DNA from: Gekko japonicus
Taxonomy: Eukaryota
Assembly (NCBI RefSeq): GCF_001447785.1
Contig: NW_015161963.1
Location: 781,600-845,599 of the forward strand
Length of the DNA stretch: 64,000 nt
Direction: 5' to 3'
In this document: positions 25,201-37,400 of the stretch, one piece after another
Numbering within the stretch: position 1 is the first letter of the stretch
Layout: each line of letters opens with the position of its first letter
Translations under genes and position numbers: made by a program
The notes under the pieces: generated by a model
What the model was told of the DNA's origin: nothing
Databases searched by the model: none
Seen by the model: only the letters and a program-made list of their open reading frames with translations

Positions 25201-28200
25201 TTCAGCCAAGAGTGGTTTCCTAGATGGGGAACAGAATCAACAGACCAATTAATGGAGGGGTTCATGGTAGGAATAAGAAAATGTAGTGTAGTGTAGCTCT
25301 TTGCAGTTTGGGACAATAAATTAAGCCACATAATCAAGAGAAAACGAAGCTATTTGTGCGATTTTTTGCTCTACCTGCCCTCTCCTTCAGAAGATGTTGA
25401 TGTTACAAAAAGGAAAGAAAAGAGAGGGAGAAAAAATGGAAGGGGGGGAAAAAATAACAAACTAAAATAACAAACCCCAGGATACAAACAGTATAAAGAA
25501 AGAAAACCCACACTATAACTAAAAACCCAAGAAAATAGGGTCATTAACAGTTAGTATGCAGTCACGTAGGTGTAATAAAAATCAATAAAGCTACCCTTCG
25601 GGGGATTAAAAAGAGAAGATGTTGATGTTAAAAATTAAAGAGACCCAGCATATAGTTCATTTAAATACTGATCTGGCTGTGTGATTCCTAAAGAGCCAAC
25701 CAATCAGCTGCTTCTGGAAACAGGAAGAACCAGTTGCTCCCAAGTTTGATTCACTTTGAAAGTTTGTCCATTTGTCTAAAGAGGCATGGCTGCAGATCCA
25801 CAGTGGTCTCAGCATGTCAGTAGTTTCTATACTGCCCCCAGAGAGTGGAAGGTGATCAGAAAGAAGAATCATTGCTCATGTTGTGTGTACTCATCCCATT
25901 TCTGCATCCGTAGGTGGGTTTTACAGAGAAAAGTTATGCCTTTCATCCGTAGGTGGGTTTTACAGAGAAAAGTGATGCCTTAAGTCACTTTCTGTCCTAA
26001 AAAAGTATTGCTATCCAGTCATAGGATCCTGGATAGTTTGTGGTGGCGGCAGAGTGCCAGACACGTTTCTTAGGTAGGATGCTTGAAGTAAGAGCAAGAA
26101 CTTACTGGGGCAAGGTCTGGTTTTCCACTGGACACCACCCATAGATCTCGCAAGTGCTGTGGGAGATGTTAAAACTGACACACCTCCCTGTTTTTATCCC
26201 TGCAAGAGAACAAAACCATCTCAGTGCTACCTGACTGTGTCCTTTTCATCCACCCCCAAGACAGCATCCGTTCATGCCCTGAGGCTCCAGGTGATCACTG
26301 TCCCTGGCCAGAGGACTAAAGGCCCCCGGGAGGCTATAATACCTCCTTCTCTACCCACAGCCCTATTTCTGTCAGGCAACCCTCAAGCTGAAGGTACCCT
26401 TTAGGGAGGAGGTCAGAATCAAGGAAAGGTCTAACACAATGATGGAACCTGTGGCATTTGGAAGAATTCTTGCGAAAGGAAAGGAAGGCAGGAAAAGAGA
26501 CAGAGGCCTACTAAAATGATATCAGGTCCAACTGGGAGGAACTTCAGGGCAAGCGACAAAGTGGTGTGAAAGATTATAGTGGGATGGGGGGAGAGGACCA
26601 AGAGGTAAAAATATCCTATTACCATTTCCATGGATCACTGGCTGTCCTGCAATGCAGTCTGAATTCCCCCTGCAACTTCCGTCAGGAACAGAAGGATGCT
26701 ACAAAAGACAGAGAAAACTCACAACTCTTATTGGTGGTGGTTGATTACTTCTCCATATATTATACTCAAAGTTTTTAAAAAAAGCCACTGTGAAATTTAA
26801 AATAATACCACCAAACCCAATATCGCCCACAACAGAAAATCATAAAATACCACAGCCAGAGATAAACCAATATAAGATAAAAACAGGAGCATAAAACAAA
26901 ATCTCCCTTACAAGACCAGGGAGTCTGTCCACAAAACGAAAAGCTCTTTTCATGCTAATGCTGGTCATATCTATTCTATTATAGGGTTTTATACCATATC
27001 AACTGTTGTGGCTTTCCCTAAGAATTCTAAGAAAGTCTGATGTAGCTTGTGAATAATCCCCCCACCTCCAGACAGGCAACTACTGCTAAAACAGTCTGTA
27101 GTGAAGCTTATAGTAGAGATACAAACATAATCCTGAGAGCAACAAAATGCCATCTTATTTACTCTATTGCCACAAAACCAGATCATTCAAGCCAACACAC
27201 AGCTACAAGCTGATAGGAAGTGACTGCTAGATGACACACATAGGACATAGAATCATAGAACCACAGAGTTGGAAGGGCCTATACAGGCCATCTAGTCCAA
27301 CCCACTGCTCAGTGCAGGATCAGCCTCGAGTATCCCTGAAAAGTGTTTGTCCAGTCGCTGCTTAAAGACTGCAAGAGAGGGGGAGCTCACCACCATCCTA
27401 AGCAGCTGATTCCACTGTTGCACAACTCTTCCTGTAAAAATGTTCTCCCTAAGATCCAGCTGGTATCTTCCTGTTATGTATTGAGATGTATATAACTGCT
27501 TTGTGAACTGTGCCATTGAGATTTGGTTGTAAATACTGATGTGTGAATCGCCTGATTGAGATGCCATGTTGAGCTTCATCCTGGGCTAGGATCCTAGTGT
27601 AACCAATAGGAGCCCTAGCCCAGAAAGTGTCTGCCAATCACCGTGCAGAGCGGGATCGCTTGTGATTGGTTGTTATTGCTTCAACCTCATAGGTTGCCTT
27701 ATTGTACAGGGGGTGTGGCTACATTAGCCGGGAATGTTTAAATACAGAGCAGCCAGTGTATGTNNNNNNNNNNNNNNNNNNNNNNNNNNNNNNNNNNNNN
27801 NNNNNNNNNNNNNNNNNNNNNNNNNNNNNNNNNNNNNNNNNNNNNNNNNNNNNNNNNNNNNNNNNNNNNNNNNNNNNNNNNNNNNNNNNNNNNNNNNNNN
27901 NNNNNNNNNTTTCCCTAAGAATTCTAAGAAAGTCTGATGTAGCTTGTGAATAATCCCCCCACCTCCAGACAGGCAACTACTGCTAAAACAGTCTGTAGTG
28001 AAGCTTATAGTAGAGATACAAACATAATCCTGAGAGCAACAAAATGCCATCTTATTTACTCTATTGCCACAAAACCAGATCATTCAAGCCAACACACAGC
28101 TACAAGCTGATAGGAAGTGACTGCTAGATGACACACATAGGACATAGAATCATAGAACCACAGAGTTGGAAGGGCCTATACAGGCCATCTAGTCCAACCC

Positions 28201-31200
28201 ACTGCTCAGTGCAGGATCAGCCTCGAGTATCCCTGAAAAGTGTTTGTCCAGTCGCTGCTTAAAGACTGCAAGAGAGGGGGAGCTCACCACCATCCTAAGC
28301 AGCTGATTCCACTGTTGCACAACTCTTCCTGTAAAAATGTTCTCCCTAAGATCCAGCTGGTATCTTCCCGCCCTTAATTTAAACCCATTATTGGGAGTCC
28401 TCTCCTCTGCTGCCAACAGGAACAACTCCCTGCCCTCCTCTAAGTGACAGGCCCTTCAAATACTTCAAGAGAGCAATCACGTCAGCCTCCTCTTCTCCAG
28501 ACTAAACATCCCCAAGTCCCTCAATCTTTCCTCATAGGGCTTGGTCTCCAGGCCCCCGATCATTCTTGTCACTCTCCTCTGCAAGAACCCATGCAAGAAC
28601 CGAGGAAGCCATGCACAGTGGAAGCTCCACTGCAGAATGGATGAGGAGACCTACCTCTGGACAGGAGCCTTGTACTTGCTTTGGTGTAGCTATGAGATTG
28701 GTAACCACAAAGAATACGTTTTCTCCCTAAAGCATTGTTGGAAAATGCATTTTTAGTTTTTATACAAAGGTATTTCCCATTACGAGAATGGGTCTGTGAG
28801 GTTTCACCATAGCTGCAGCACCAGCAATATAGCATAGCAGCAACAGGGTTTCCATATGGCAGGTTTCTCTGCATTTCCCCTGCCCAGGCTCCATCAGTAG
28901 CTATTCCTCCTGCCACCAGAGGGCTTTTTTTTAAAATGGAAAATATAAAAAATTGTTATAACATCACAAAAACCCTGGTTTCCTGAATCCCCAGCTTTCA
29001 TTTTTAAAGTCTCTAGCGCCTTCCATTGCATGGGGAAAGTAACCAAAGGGGCTAGAAACTTTTTTAAAACTGAAAACTGAGAGTTCAGAGACAAATTGTT
29101 ATAACATAATGATAAAATAATATGCCAATTGCTGTTTCCCCCCCTAAAAAACAAAGTCCACCAGTGGTGGATGGGGCAGTGTTAAGTACGAGACTCAACA
29201 CAACTTGTGAACAGTGAATCAGCTTTATTAACGAAGTCAGAAGAAATCAGGACGAGACAAAAACGTAGAGCAACAGGCTCTCTTTTAAACAGTCCGGGCT
29301 TAGATAGCCACGCCCTCATGTCAGCTAACAACCAATAACTATTTACAGATAAGGTCCAATCAGAGTGCTTCCCTCCAGAACATTGCGCAGCTCTGATTGG
29401 TCTATTTACAATCCTGGTTCAGACTCAAGCTTAATATAGTTTTCCATACACAAAAGGCAGGGACTGCAGCGGGTGACTGGAACAGGGAAAATGGTGTTAA
29501 TGTGAGTGGGACCAGGCAGATCTGGAGTTTCTTATCCATAGGGGTGTCAGCCTGATTTTGCTGCAATCTTTCTTAAAACATTGCAGCAAAACAGGTTGGG
29601 GAAAGACTGCAGAAAAGATGGGAAAAACCCCTAGAGGTGCATGGAAGTGCTGCGATCTTATGGGAAAATGGGGGGAAAACATGCTTTCCATTAGTGCATA
29701 AGTGACCAAAGTGTTGCACACTCAGCAGTTCTGTAGAGAGGAAAGATTTATTAATTAATAAAGGAAGAGTACAGATCTCAAGGCTTTGGAACCCTGAATA
29801 CCCAACAGACTCTTCGAGTGTTACAAAGGGTGACATAGGATCTTATACTCAGGATGATGCACACAAATTGAACAAGATTATTGGTTCCATCAAACATCAG
29901 CACTCCGACCTAACAGGTCTCTGATTGGCAGAAAACCTTTTAGGCTGGGCTTTCCCAAGTAAAGTTTTTTCTTTAAGCTGAACAAGAAGTGTTTCTTTCT
30001 CTTAGACTGTAAAATTCTAAAAGTATATATATAGCTGCTATGGTTTACAAGGTGCCATTGTTCTTCGTCTAACCAGAGACATGCGCAGTTATCGCTGGCC
30101 TACCAAGGCCATAAGCCTCATTAAAAATAGCAAGTTAACATTTTGTTCTTTCAGCATTTTACCTTCCCAGCGTGCATCCAAACAACAGTCACAAATGAAT
30201 CAAAGTTAATACCTGAATACATTCATGATGTTAGAATCATAAATGGCACTTAACATTGCTAAGTGCACCCACCAAGTCAAACCTGTTAGTGGCAGAGTAT
30301 AAAGTGTTTCGTAAACTGTGCATACAACATCACTGGAGAGAATGTTGGACTGAGTTTTTTATTAGAATCTGCCAGCTATAAATTCACTAAGTGGCTTTCT
30401 CAAGGATGTAGCAATTTCAAAGGGGGCTGTGTCATGAGTGGTCACTTCAGGTGGCAGATTACCTTTGCTCTTATTATAATAGGGCAAGATCCGTTGAGAT
30501 GTTCTCCTATACAAGCACTGTTGAAATGAACCAGAGTAACATGAGAACGAGGTTTACTGCCAATAAGTCAAAAGGTGAAATAAGAACAAAAGTTTCTGGT
30601 CGACAAGTAAGTCAGTCTCCAGCTCTGGAAACAACACATTGACTCGAGCCTAGCCTGATCTAGCCAGCCAATTCTGACACTGTCTGAGGCAGAACCATAC
30701 CTGAGGAGGTTTCACATAATCTGCCACATCCCACAGCCGGTCTCCGAGCTCCTTGATGTGTGTGACCGAAATCCCTTTCAGTTTGGTGATCACAGAGATG
30801 TGAGGGTCTGCATCCTTCTCCTGGTAGCCCTTTTTGATTAGAAAAACCCACCTGCGAGGCAGGAAAGACAGCAAGAAGCCGACATACAGTCCTATCCAAG
30901 CCTACCCATGTGACAAGATAATCTGATAGAATCGTGTGCACCTTGGAGGGCCATTTCACAGCCAAAGAAACTTCTCAGGTTGGCTCCTCTCACTCCTCAG
31001 TAGCTTGAACAGGCACAGGAAGCTGCCTGATATTGAGTCAGCTGTGGCCAGTATTGTCTACCGACTAGCAGAACATAAGAACATAAGAGAAGCCAATGTT
31101 GGATCAGGCCAATGGCCCATCCAGTCCAACCCTCTGTCACACAGTGGCCAAAAACACCAGGTGCCATCAGGAGGTCCACCAGTGGGGCCAAGACACCAGA

Positions 31201-32005
31201 AGCCCTCCCACTGTTGCTCCCTCCCCCAAGCACCAAGAATACAATGCATCACTTGCCCCAGACTGAGGGTTCCTATCTATACCTTGTGGCTAACAGCCAC
31301 TGATGGACGCTCCAGGGCTTGAGGAAGAGATCTTTCATGTCATTTACTACCAACCCCTTTTAAAAAAAAACTGGAGATGCCAGGCATTTAAACTGGGACT
31401 TTCTGCATGTAGAGCAGATGTTCTGTCACTGAGCCAGAGCCCCAACCCAGCTTACTCCACATGACCTGGGAGACGGTACCTAGATGGTTGTGTATTTTCT
31501 GCTGCTGCTGCTTTTTTGCTTCAGCAGGAATCTTCACATTTCCTTCAAATGTCGCATCAGGCAAAATATTAACAGGAATTCTAATGTCAAACTATTATTA
31601 AAAGCACAGGAACACCAGAAAGTAGCAACCTTAGATGTGGGTGGCAGGCCTGAAGAAGGCAGGGAACTAGTGCTGCCCCCCCCCCCCCAATTCCCTCTCT
31701 TTCCCGGCTCTTCCCGCCAAAGCCTCAGGTACAGGAGTAGTTGAAGCAATTTAATCCTGCAGGCCCAGCCATCACTCTGGACACTGCAGTCCGAGGAACT
31801 GCTAGCAAAGCCTGTGACTTGCAGTTTTGAGGCTATCCATCTCTGCCTTGCCCACCGACCCTTCTTCTTACCCGAGAATATAGCCCAGGATCCCCAGCTG
31901 GATCAAGCGGTGCAACACTCCGACCTTTCTGTTCCTGGTTAGCACAAACTTCTCTGTTTTATAATCCAGAAGGCCCAGGAAGAAATTGCTCCAAGGATCC
32001 TCCAT
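16252..32005 (-). CDS. P2RX6: P2X purinoceptor 6, 12 exons, ~387 aa
   Basis: Exons on the minus strand: 32005-31872, 30851-30701, 28726-28655, 26698-26623, 26199-26106, 25219-25139, 23569-23428, 21757-21648, 18670-18577, 18096-18031, 16619-16542, and a probable last exon 16317-16252 (PSAPRAT...; least certain). All GT-AG and in frame. Motifs: [21 protein letters not shown], 10 ectodomain Cys, [26 protein letters not shown], YxxxK. The short left flipper and SLC7A4/LRRC74B neighbours indicate P2X6. Confidence 0.93.
17508..17790. mobile_element. Foldback (whole-length palindromic) MITE, PIF/Harbinger-like
   Basis: ~138-bp imperfect inverted arms GGCTGGTTTCGCACTAGAGCTGCC...GGCAGCTCTAGTGCGAAATCAGCC, ~8-nt loop, 3-bp TSD AGA. 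Confidence 0.8.
19787..19870 (+). mobile_element. Penelope-like terminal fragment with a minimal hammerhead-ribozyme-like motif
   Basis: GTAT-CTGAAGA-A-GTGTG(TGTG)CACAC-GAAA-GCCTT-ATAC followed by a typical PLE terminal sequence (aataaaaccttgttggtcttaaaggtgccact). Confidence 0.55.
20262..20708 (+). mobile_element. Rex1/Babar-like LINE 3' end
   Basis: ORF end [71 protein letters not shown]; 3' UTR ends caatgacaataaag plus a (TAT)n tail. Confidence 0.8.
22315..22777. mobile_element. hAT-type MITE, GC-rich
   Basis: Termini CAGAGGTCATTT / AAACGACCCCTG; perfect 8-bp TSD CTTTCTCA. Confidence 0.8.
24085..24897 (-). mobile_element. Penelope-like element remnant (GIY-YIG endonuclease and 3' terminal region)
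   Basis: Minus strand ~24897-24600 encodes degenerate [13 protein letters not shown]....L..RI..HKS.....QKPIGQH.NLP; interrupted by a 5S-SINE and a microsatellite. Confidence 0.65.
24187..24395 (-). mobile_element. 5S rRNA-derived SINE (5S-Sauria-like)
   Basis: Same family as 60665-60855. Confidence 0.65.
27472..27763 (+). mobile_element. Probable LTR 5' end inserted into CR1, running into an N-gap
   Basis: Starts abruptly with TGTTATG at the point where the duplicate copy continues as CR1; CCAAT/ATTGG and TATA-like motifs. Confidence 0.5.
28142..28580 (-). mobile_element. CR1 LINE 3' fragment (partly duplicated at 27245-27471)
   Basis: RT C-terminal remnant [33 protein letters not shown]...FKQRLDKH and (ATTCTATG)-type tail. 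Confidence 0.8.
29180..29455 (-). mobile_element. Solo LTR
   Basis: Starts TGTT, 5-bp TSD GGCAG (29175-29179 and 29456-29460), CCAAT boxes and minus-strand AATAAA; right terminus degenerate. Confidence 0.6.
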
Positions 32006-32240
32006 TGCTGGCTGGCTGTGAAAGACTAGCGGATGCTGACAGCAGCAGACACTGTATCTTGGCCTACTGCCCAGTAAAAGGTAAAGAGGCAATTTAAAAC
32101 AACAACAAAGAAACTAAGATGTTAAAATCTGAATCAGCATCTTCCAAAGCAGCAGGGAGAGAAGGGGAGGGATGTAAAATCAGAGGATGTGGACAGGATT
32201 CCAAAGGAGTTTATGTTCATTACAACATTCTCCATTTCAG

Positions 32241-32455
32241 AGAGCCAGTCTGGTGTAGTGGTTAAGAGCGTGGACTCTAATCTGGAGAACTGGGTCTGAT
32301 TCCCCACTCCTCCACATGAAGCTGGCTGTGTGACCTTGGGTCAGTCACAGTTCTCTGAGAGCTGTTCTCAAGAGCAGTTCTTTCAGAGCTTTCTCAGCCC
32401 CACCTACCTCACAGGGTATCTGTTGTGGGGAGAGGAAGGGAAGGAGATTGTAAAC
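32241..32455 (+). mobile_element. tRNA-derived SINE (Squam3-like)
   Basis: Same head and body as 5821-6110. Confidence 0.7.
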
Positions 32456-32494
32456 AGGATATCAATCCTCCTCCCAGTTCAATGCCCACTCCCA

Positions 32495-33530
32495 TTTTTT
32501 CTTTTTTTTAATTTATAATTTTTATTGAGATTAACTTTATAAATTTATAACAAAGATTACAATTGAAAGTAGACAAAATACAAATGGAAAACAAACATAT
32601 TATTGTAAGCTGTAACTCTGGTTGTATCATGACATTACTACTGTCTTAACATTTGTAATACAGATTTTCCTATACTTACTGTAGAGTTCCGTACAGAGCT
32701 TAAGTGATAACATTTATGAAATTTGAGAACTTCAGTATAGTAAATTGATAGAGTCCAGATAAAGAACTAAACCAGTGGAAATAATCGATAGTGAGCCATA
32801 TTTCAGATCCATTTATGAAATTGAGACCACCGAGAGGATACAAACTGCTACTGAGACAGGTAGTCTAAGATTGGATACCATTTCCCTGTGAATACCGATT
32901 GGTTTGAGTTTTGAGAGGTAACGGACAATTTGTTAGTGACTACGTCCATAAGATAGTGGTTCCATAATTTACTAAACCAGCTATTAATCCTTGGTGTTTT
33001 GACATCTTTCCAAAAAGATGCGATGGTTGTTTTGGCTGCATCTAGCATGATTTCAATAGTATCTTTGTGTGGTCTATTAGCAAGTTCCAGTGGCCACATG
33101 TTCAAAAATAAAACCTCTGGTTCGAATGGTACTTGCATCTTTGTGACCTCCTGTATAATTTTTAATATTTCTTTCCAAAATGACTGAATTTTAGCACATT
33201 TTCACCAGCAGTGGGAGAAATTCCCTACTTGGGAGCATTGTTTCCAGCATAGTGATGATTGGTTGTTTGCCATGTATGCAATTTTTTTAGGTGTTACATA
33301 CCATCTTGTCATTAGCTTCAGGTTTTGGAACTGCACCATTATAGATTTAGTTTTAAAACTGGAGGAGCTCCAAAACTTTTTCCATGTATCTTCATTCAGA
33401 GGTGTGACGCAATCGCTTTGTCATGCTTTCTGGTAGGGTTGTAGTGTAGTGCATGATTGTTGAAACAGTATTGAATAGAATTTAGATATTAATCCTCTAT
33501 TTTGACTCCCATTTTCTAGGGGGATCAGGA
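32495..33530 (-). mobile_element. L1-clade LINE 3' fragment
   Basis: Minus-strand ORF2 C-terminal remnant (CWKQCSQVGNFSHCW zinc knuckle; AAKTTIASFWK...W), then AATAAA and an A-rich tail. Confidence 0.75.
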
Positions 33531-33959
33531 AAGACATTAAATATAACTTAAACATTGAGAAATCAAGAAAGTATATATGAAATGTCTCCATCTGACTGTT
33601 TGGAATGCATCTGTCTTCAAAAGCAAATAGGGAGGAGGAAAGTGCAGTTTGGAGCTATAAAAGCTTTTAGTTTCTACACTTAAGCATCCATCCAGTCGAG
33701 CATACTATTTGCAACAGTAGTCAGGCAGCCGCTTTTAGGAACCCCCCCCCCCCACAACTTTTGTTCAGATATATACTGCATCTGAACATGGAGGTTCCAT
33801 TCCATTTAGTCATTACGGCTATAACCGGTACTCTTTTCTTCCATGAATCTGTCGTCACCAGATCTTACGGCATAGCTCCAGTGCCAACCTATGCAAAGTT
33901 ACACCCTTCGAAGTATGTTCATTTCAATGGGATTTAGAAGTGTGCAGCTCGGTTTAGCA

Positions 33960-34400
33960 GCGCACTCTAATAACCGCCCCAAACGCCCCTTTGGCGTCTA
34001 ACTAGCAGCCAAGCACTGCGCGCGCTCTCGTTGTCCATCATTTAATAAGCCCCACCTTTTAACTGCCTCTTCCAATTGGCTCCGTGAATACTGAATGCGC
34101 CCGCCCCCTTTCCTAGCCGCCTCGCCTCCTCCCTCTTTCTGGTGCGGCGTCGTTGCCATGGCAGCCACACAGCGGCTTCGGTCCAAGCTGCGCTGATGCC
34201 GAAGCTGCCGCTATCGCCGGTGCCGGAGCAAGAGAACGACGTCGGGGGTCAGTGGCCCGGCAGCAGCTCTTCTTTCGATGTCAGTCAGAGCGACGACAGC
34301 GGCAGCAGCAGCTCCCCAGACTCTGCAGTGGGGGGAAAGGTTAGAAAGGCTAGGCCGCAAGCTAGGCTGGAGAAAGGGATGGGGTGGCCGATATGGCCCT
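33960..34400 (+). promoter_or_regulatory. CpG-rich promoter/first exon of LRRC74B, divergent from P2RX6
   Basis: Local CpG enrichment, GC boxes (ccgcccc), CCAAT and a GCGCGC motif just upstream of the LRRC74B start. Confidence 0.7.
34152..34165. promoter_or_regulatory. RFX X-box GTTGCCATGGCAGC
   Basis: 13/14 match to the palindromic X-box consensus GTTGCCATGGCAAC, in the CpG-rich 5' end of LRRC74B. Confidence 0.75.
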
Positions 34401-37400
34401 GGGGAACTTTGGGAATTGTAGTTCTTGAAAGAGGACGTTCGTGGGCGCTGAAATCTTTCTCATTAGGATGTATGGCTTGCCGCAAATCTGCCTACTTTAG
34501 TCAAACGCGTCCAGCCCTCTCCTGTTACTTGTCTGACTCTGCAGTATCTGATAGTCAGAGGTAGTCTGTGCCTGACCATGGAGGTTCCACTGTGGGCTGT
34601 CCTGGGCAATGCAGAAGTCTGCTTTGGCATAAGAGCTGCTTTGCTAAATGGAACCAGGTGAATTAATCTCTGACTACAGCATCTAGTTCTTAACAAAAAA
34701 ACTGCCAGAGTGTGAAAGCAATGGTTTTCCTCTGTGGTGTGCCTCCAGTGCCTGGTATGCTGTCTGAACATGGAGATTCCCATTTAACTATTGCAGTTGA
34801 TAGCAGTCAATAGATCTCCTCTGATGATTTTGTAATCTGATCCCTTCATAATCCCACTGAAACTAACAGCAATCTTCTCTTTTTGTAGCAGCAGGTTCCA
34901 TATGTTAATTATAGGTTCGTATGAAGAAAGGTTTTCTTTTGTCTGTTTTGAATTTACTGCCAGTCAATTTCATTGAGTGACCCTGAGTTCTAATCCAATA
35001 AGAGAGGGAGAAATTTTATGCATGCTAATATGTATTTCCTCCTGCTCTGACTTCACTCTAATTCCCTTTAGTCAGATGGCGCTTGCTGAGAACTAAGTTC
35101 CCAAGTGCTGCAGGGGCCCAGTTTGGATCAGAACTGTGGTGCAGGGGGGGAGGAAGGTCTTCAGCCTTTCTCTTGTGCCATTTTTGTGACTCAGAGTGGC
35201 CTGGGGAAGTGTTATTTGCTCTGCTGGGAGTTTGAATGTGCACTGTAAGAAAAGAACTGATCACAGTGCGAGTAAACATGCATAGAATTACACCATTAAG
35301 ACTGCAATCCATGTACACATGGTAGAGTGTAAGTATCATCAACTCAAGCCGGCTTACTTGACAGTACTGACTTCTGAGTAAACATGAATGCTATGGTCTG
35401 CAAAAGCCTCGAAGTCTAGCAGGCTTCTTTGGTGAGCAGCTTCTGAGATTGGAGGTGCACTCCAGCAGACCTAGTGCTTAGATCCCTGTAGGAGTTCTTT
35501 CAAGGGGATGGGCCCCTCTGGAATACCAGAGATAGTCAGAGGTGCTCACTGAAATGCACCAAACGCTTCAAAATGGGAACACCAACTCACACATGCTAGT
35601 CCAATCTTTCTCAAACATTTCTAGCTCTATGTGTAATACTTGTTTTGCTTGTTTAATTTTCTGTGTTTCTTGAGAGGTTCAGTAGATGAACTTCTACTCT
35701 GTTACCTTCTCGTAGTGTGCATGTGAGTATGTGTGTGCACACATGCAAGTATGCATTTTTTGATTGCATGTTGTCTCAGGCTAGTCCGCAGTGTGTTGCT
35801 GAATCCCAGGAAGGTGAAAGCTGTCATGTGGAGAAAGCGGAAGATGATTCGGAAGAGGGGGAATGTGAAGAGGAGACAAAGGAAGATGCTGAATGCGAGG
35901 AAGAGTGGGATACAGACCTGGAGACAGAAGGTATGGAGGCAGTTTGCAAAAGAAGTCATGTGAGAGCTGGCCTGCTCGTTAGTTGGACCAAAGTGATTGC
36001 TCAGATTGCCAGAAGGTGGAGGCTTTCCAATGGCAAGCAGCAGCCCTAAATGGGTGCATGGCATGATTGCTGCATGGCAGTGCTGCCGGCTGGGTGCTGG
36101 TGCTGCATGGCAGTGCTGCCGGCTGGGTGCATGTCACAATTGGTGGCACTAGCTGCTGGGTCCTGCTTGCCTGTCATGACTTCCACAAAGAAGGGAGGGA
36201 GAAAGAGCAGATGGCTTACAACTCCACCACTAGGCTCTGTAGGCACCTGTCTCACTGGGCAGTGGCAGTGGTTCCTTGCCCTCTTGGCTCTTCATGCACC
36301 CAGGGTACAACAAGGAGGGTGGGGTATAGAGCTAATGGCCAGGGAGGGGGCACCTGGCTCACAGCTGGTCTAGGTGATGGTATACTGCGTCTCGACATGG
36401 GCTTTTGTTTGTAACAATTATGCCTGATATTGGTATGGTGACCTTCCATGTCTTTGTCACCTCTCAGTTCCACTGGTGACTGTTGGAATGTTCTGAACAT
36501 TCTGGAGTTCTTTTTGCTGCTCTTCTTCATTTCAGGGAGGCTCATGCTTGCTGCTGGCTTCTGTCTTGCATTTGTTTTTCTGACTGGAAAAGAGGTGAGG
36601 GTATGTGATGCCTCCCTGTGCTTAGACTGTGGTACCGTTGGATGCAAATAGAATATCCAGATGTGAATAGGCTTGTTTCCCCACTGAATGACTCCATTGT
36701 TCCTTATAAACCATGTTGTTTTGGGCATTTCATCTCTTTCTTTTCTTTTTCATCCCCTCCCCCCTAATTAGAGTCTAAGAAGGTTTATGATCCAACAGGA
36801 AAAGCCAAATACCTTGAGATCTGCCAAACACATGGTGTCACTCCAGTCTCTTATTTTATGCGGCACATGAAAGATTCTGAGCTGTCTCTGATGCACCATG
36901 GCCTTGGCCCAAAGGTAACAACTGGTGAAAATCACTTTTCTTTGGCCCATCTGATGTTGCCTTCTGTCTGTACAGGAGCATGCCAGCTGTGATGGTATTT
37001 TGGAGGATTAATTAGCAGCTGTCAAATCCGATGGATGGCAAAGTGGGTCAGCTGGGAAATCCTATTTCAGCTCCTGCCTCTCCCATAACGTTTCTGAGCG
37101 ACCAGAGGGAAACTCTACTTCATCAGTATCCCTCTCCTTCCATCTGCAGGATAAGGGCAGTGATGTTGGCCTGTCTTGCAGGGTCATTGTAAGGATTTTT
37201 AAAATAATGCATGTGAAGTATTGTGAACAGACTGAAGTGTGGCAGAGCCTCTCATGATCATACCGTGATGCAACCCAGAAGCTGTGAGATACTGTGTGCT
37301 AAAGAAGGTATTAAAATGCTGACTGAAACACCACTCTTAACAGTGCCATCCCAAGTAAAGCTACCTCCTTCTATGCCCATAGACTGCAGTGGATTTAGAA

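Noticed and set aside
27702-28083. ORFs spanning N-runs (also 40867-41307 and 51899-52282)
   Set aside because: Artefacts of assembly gaps.
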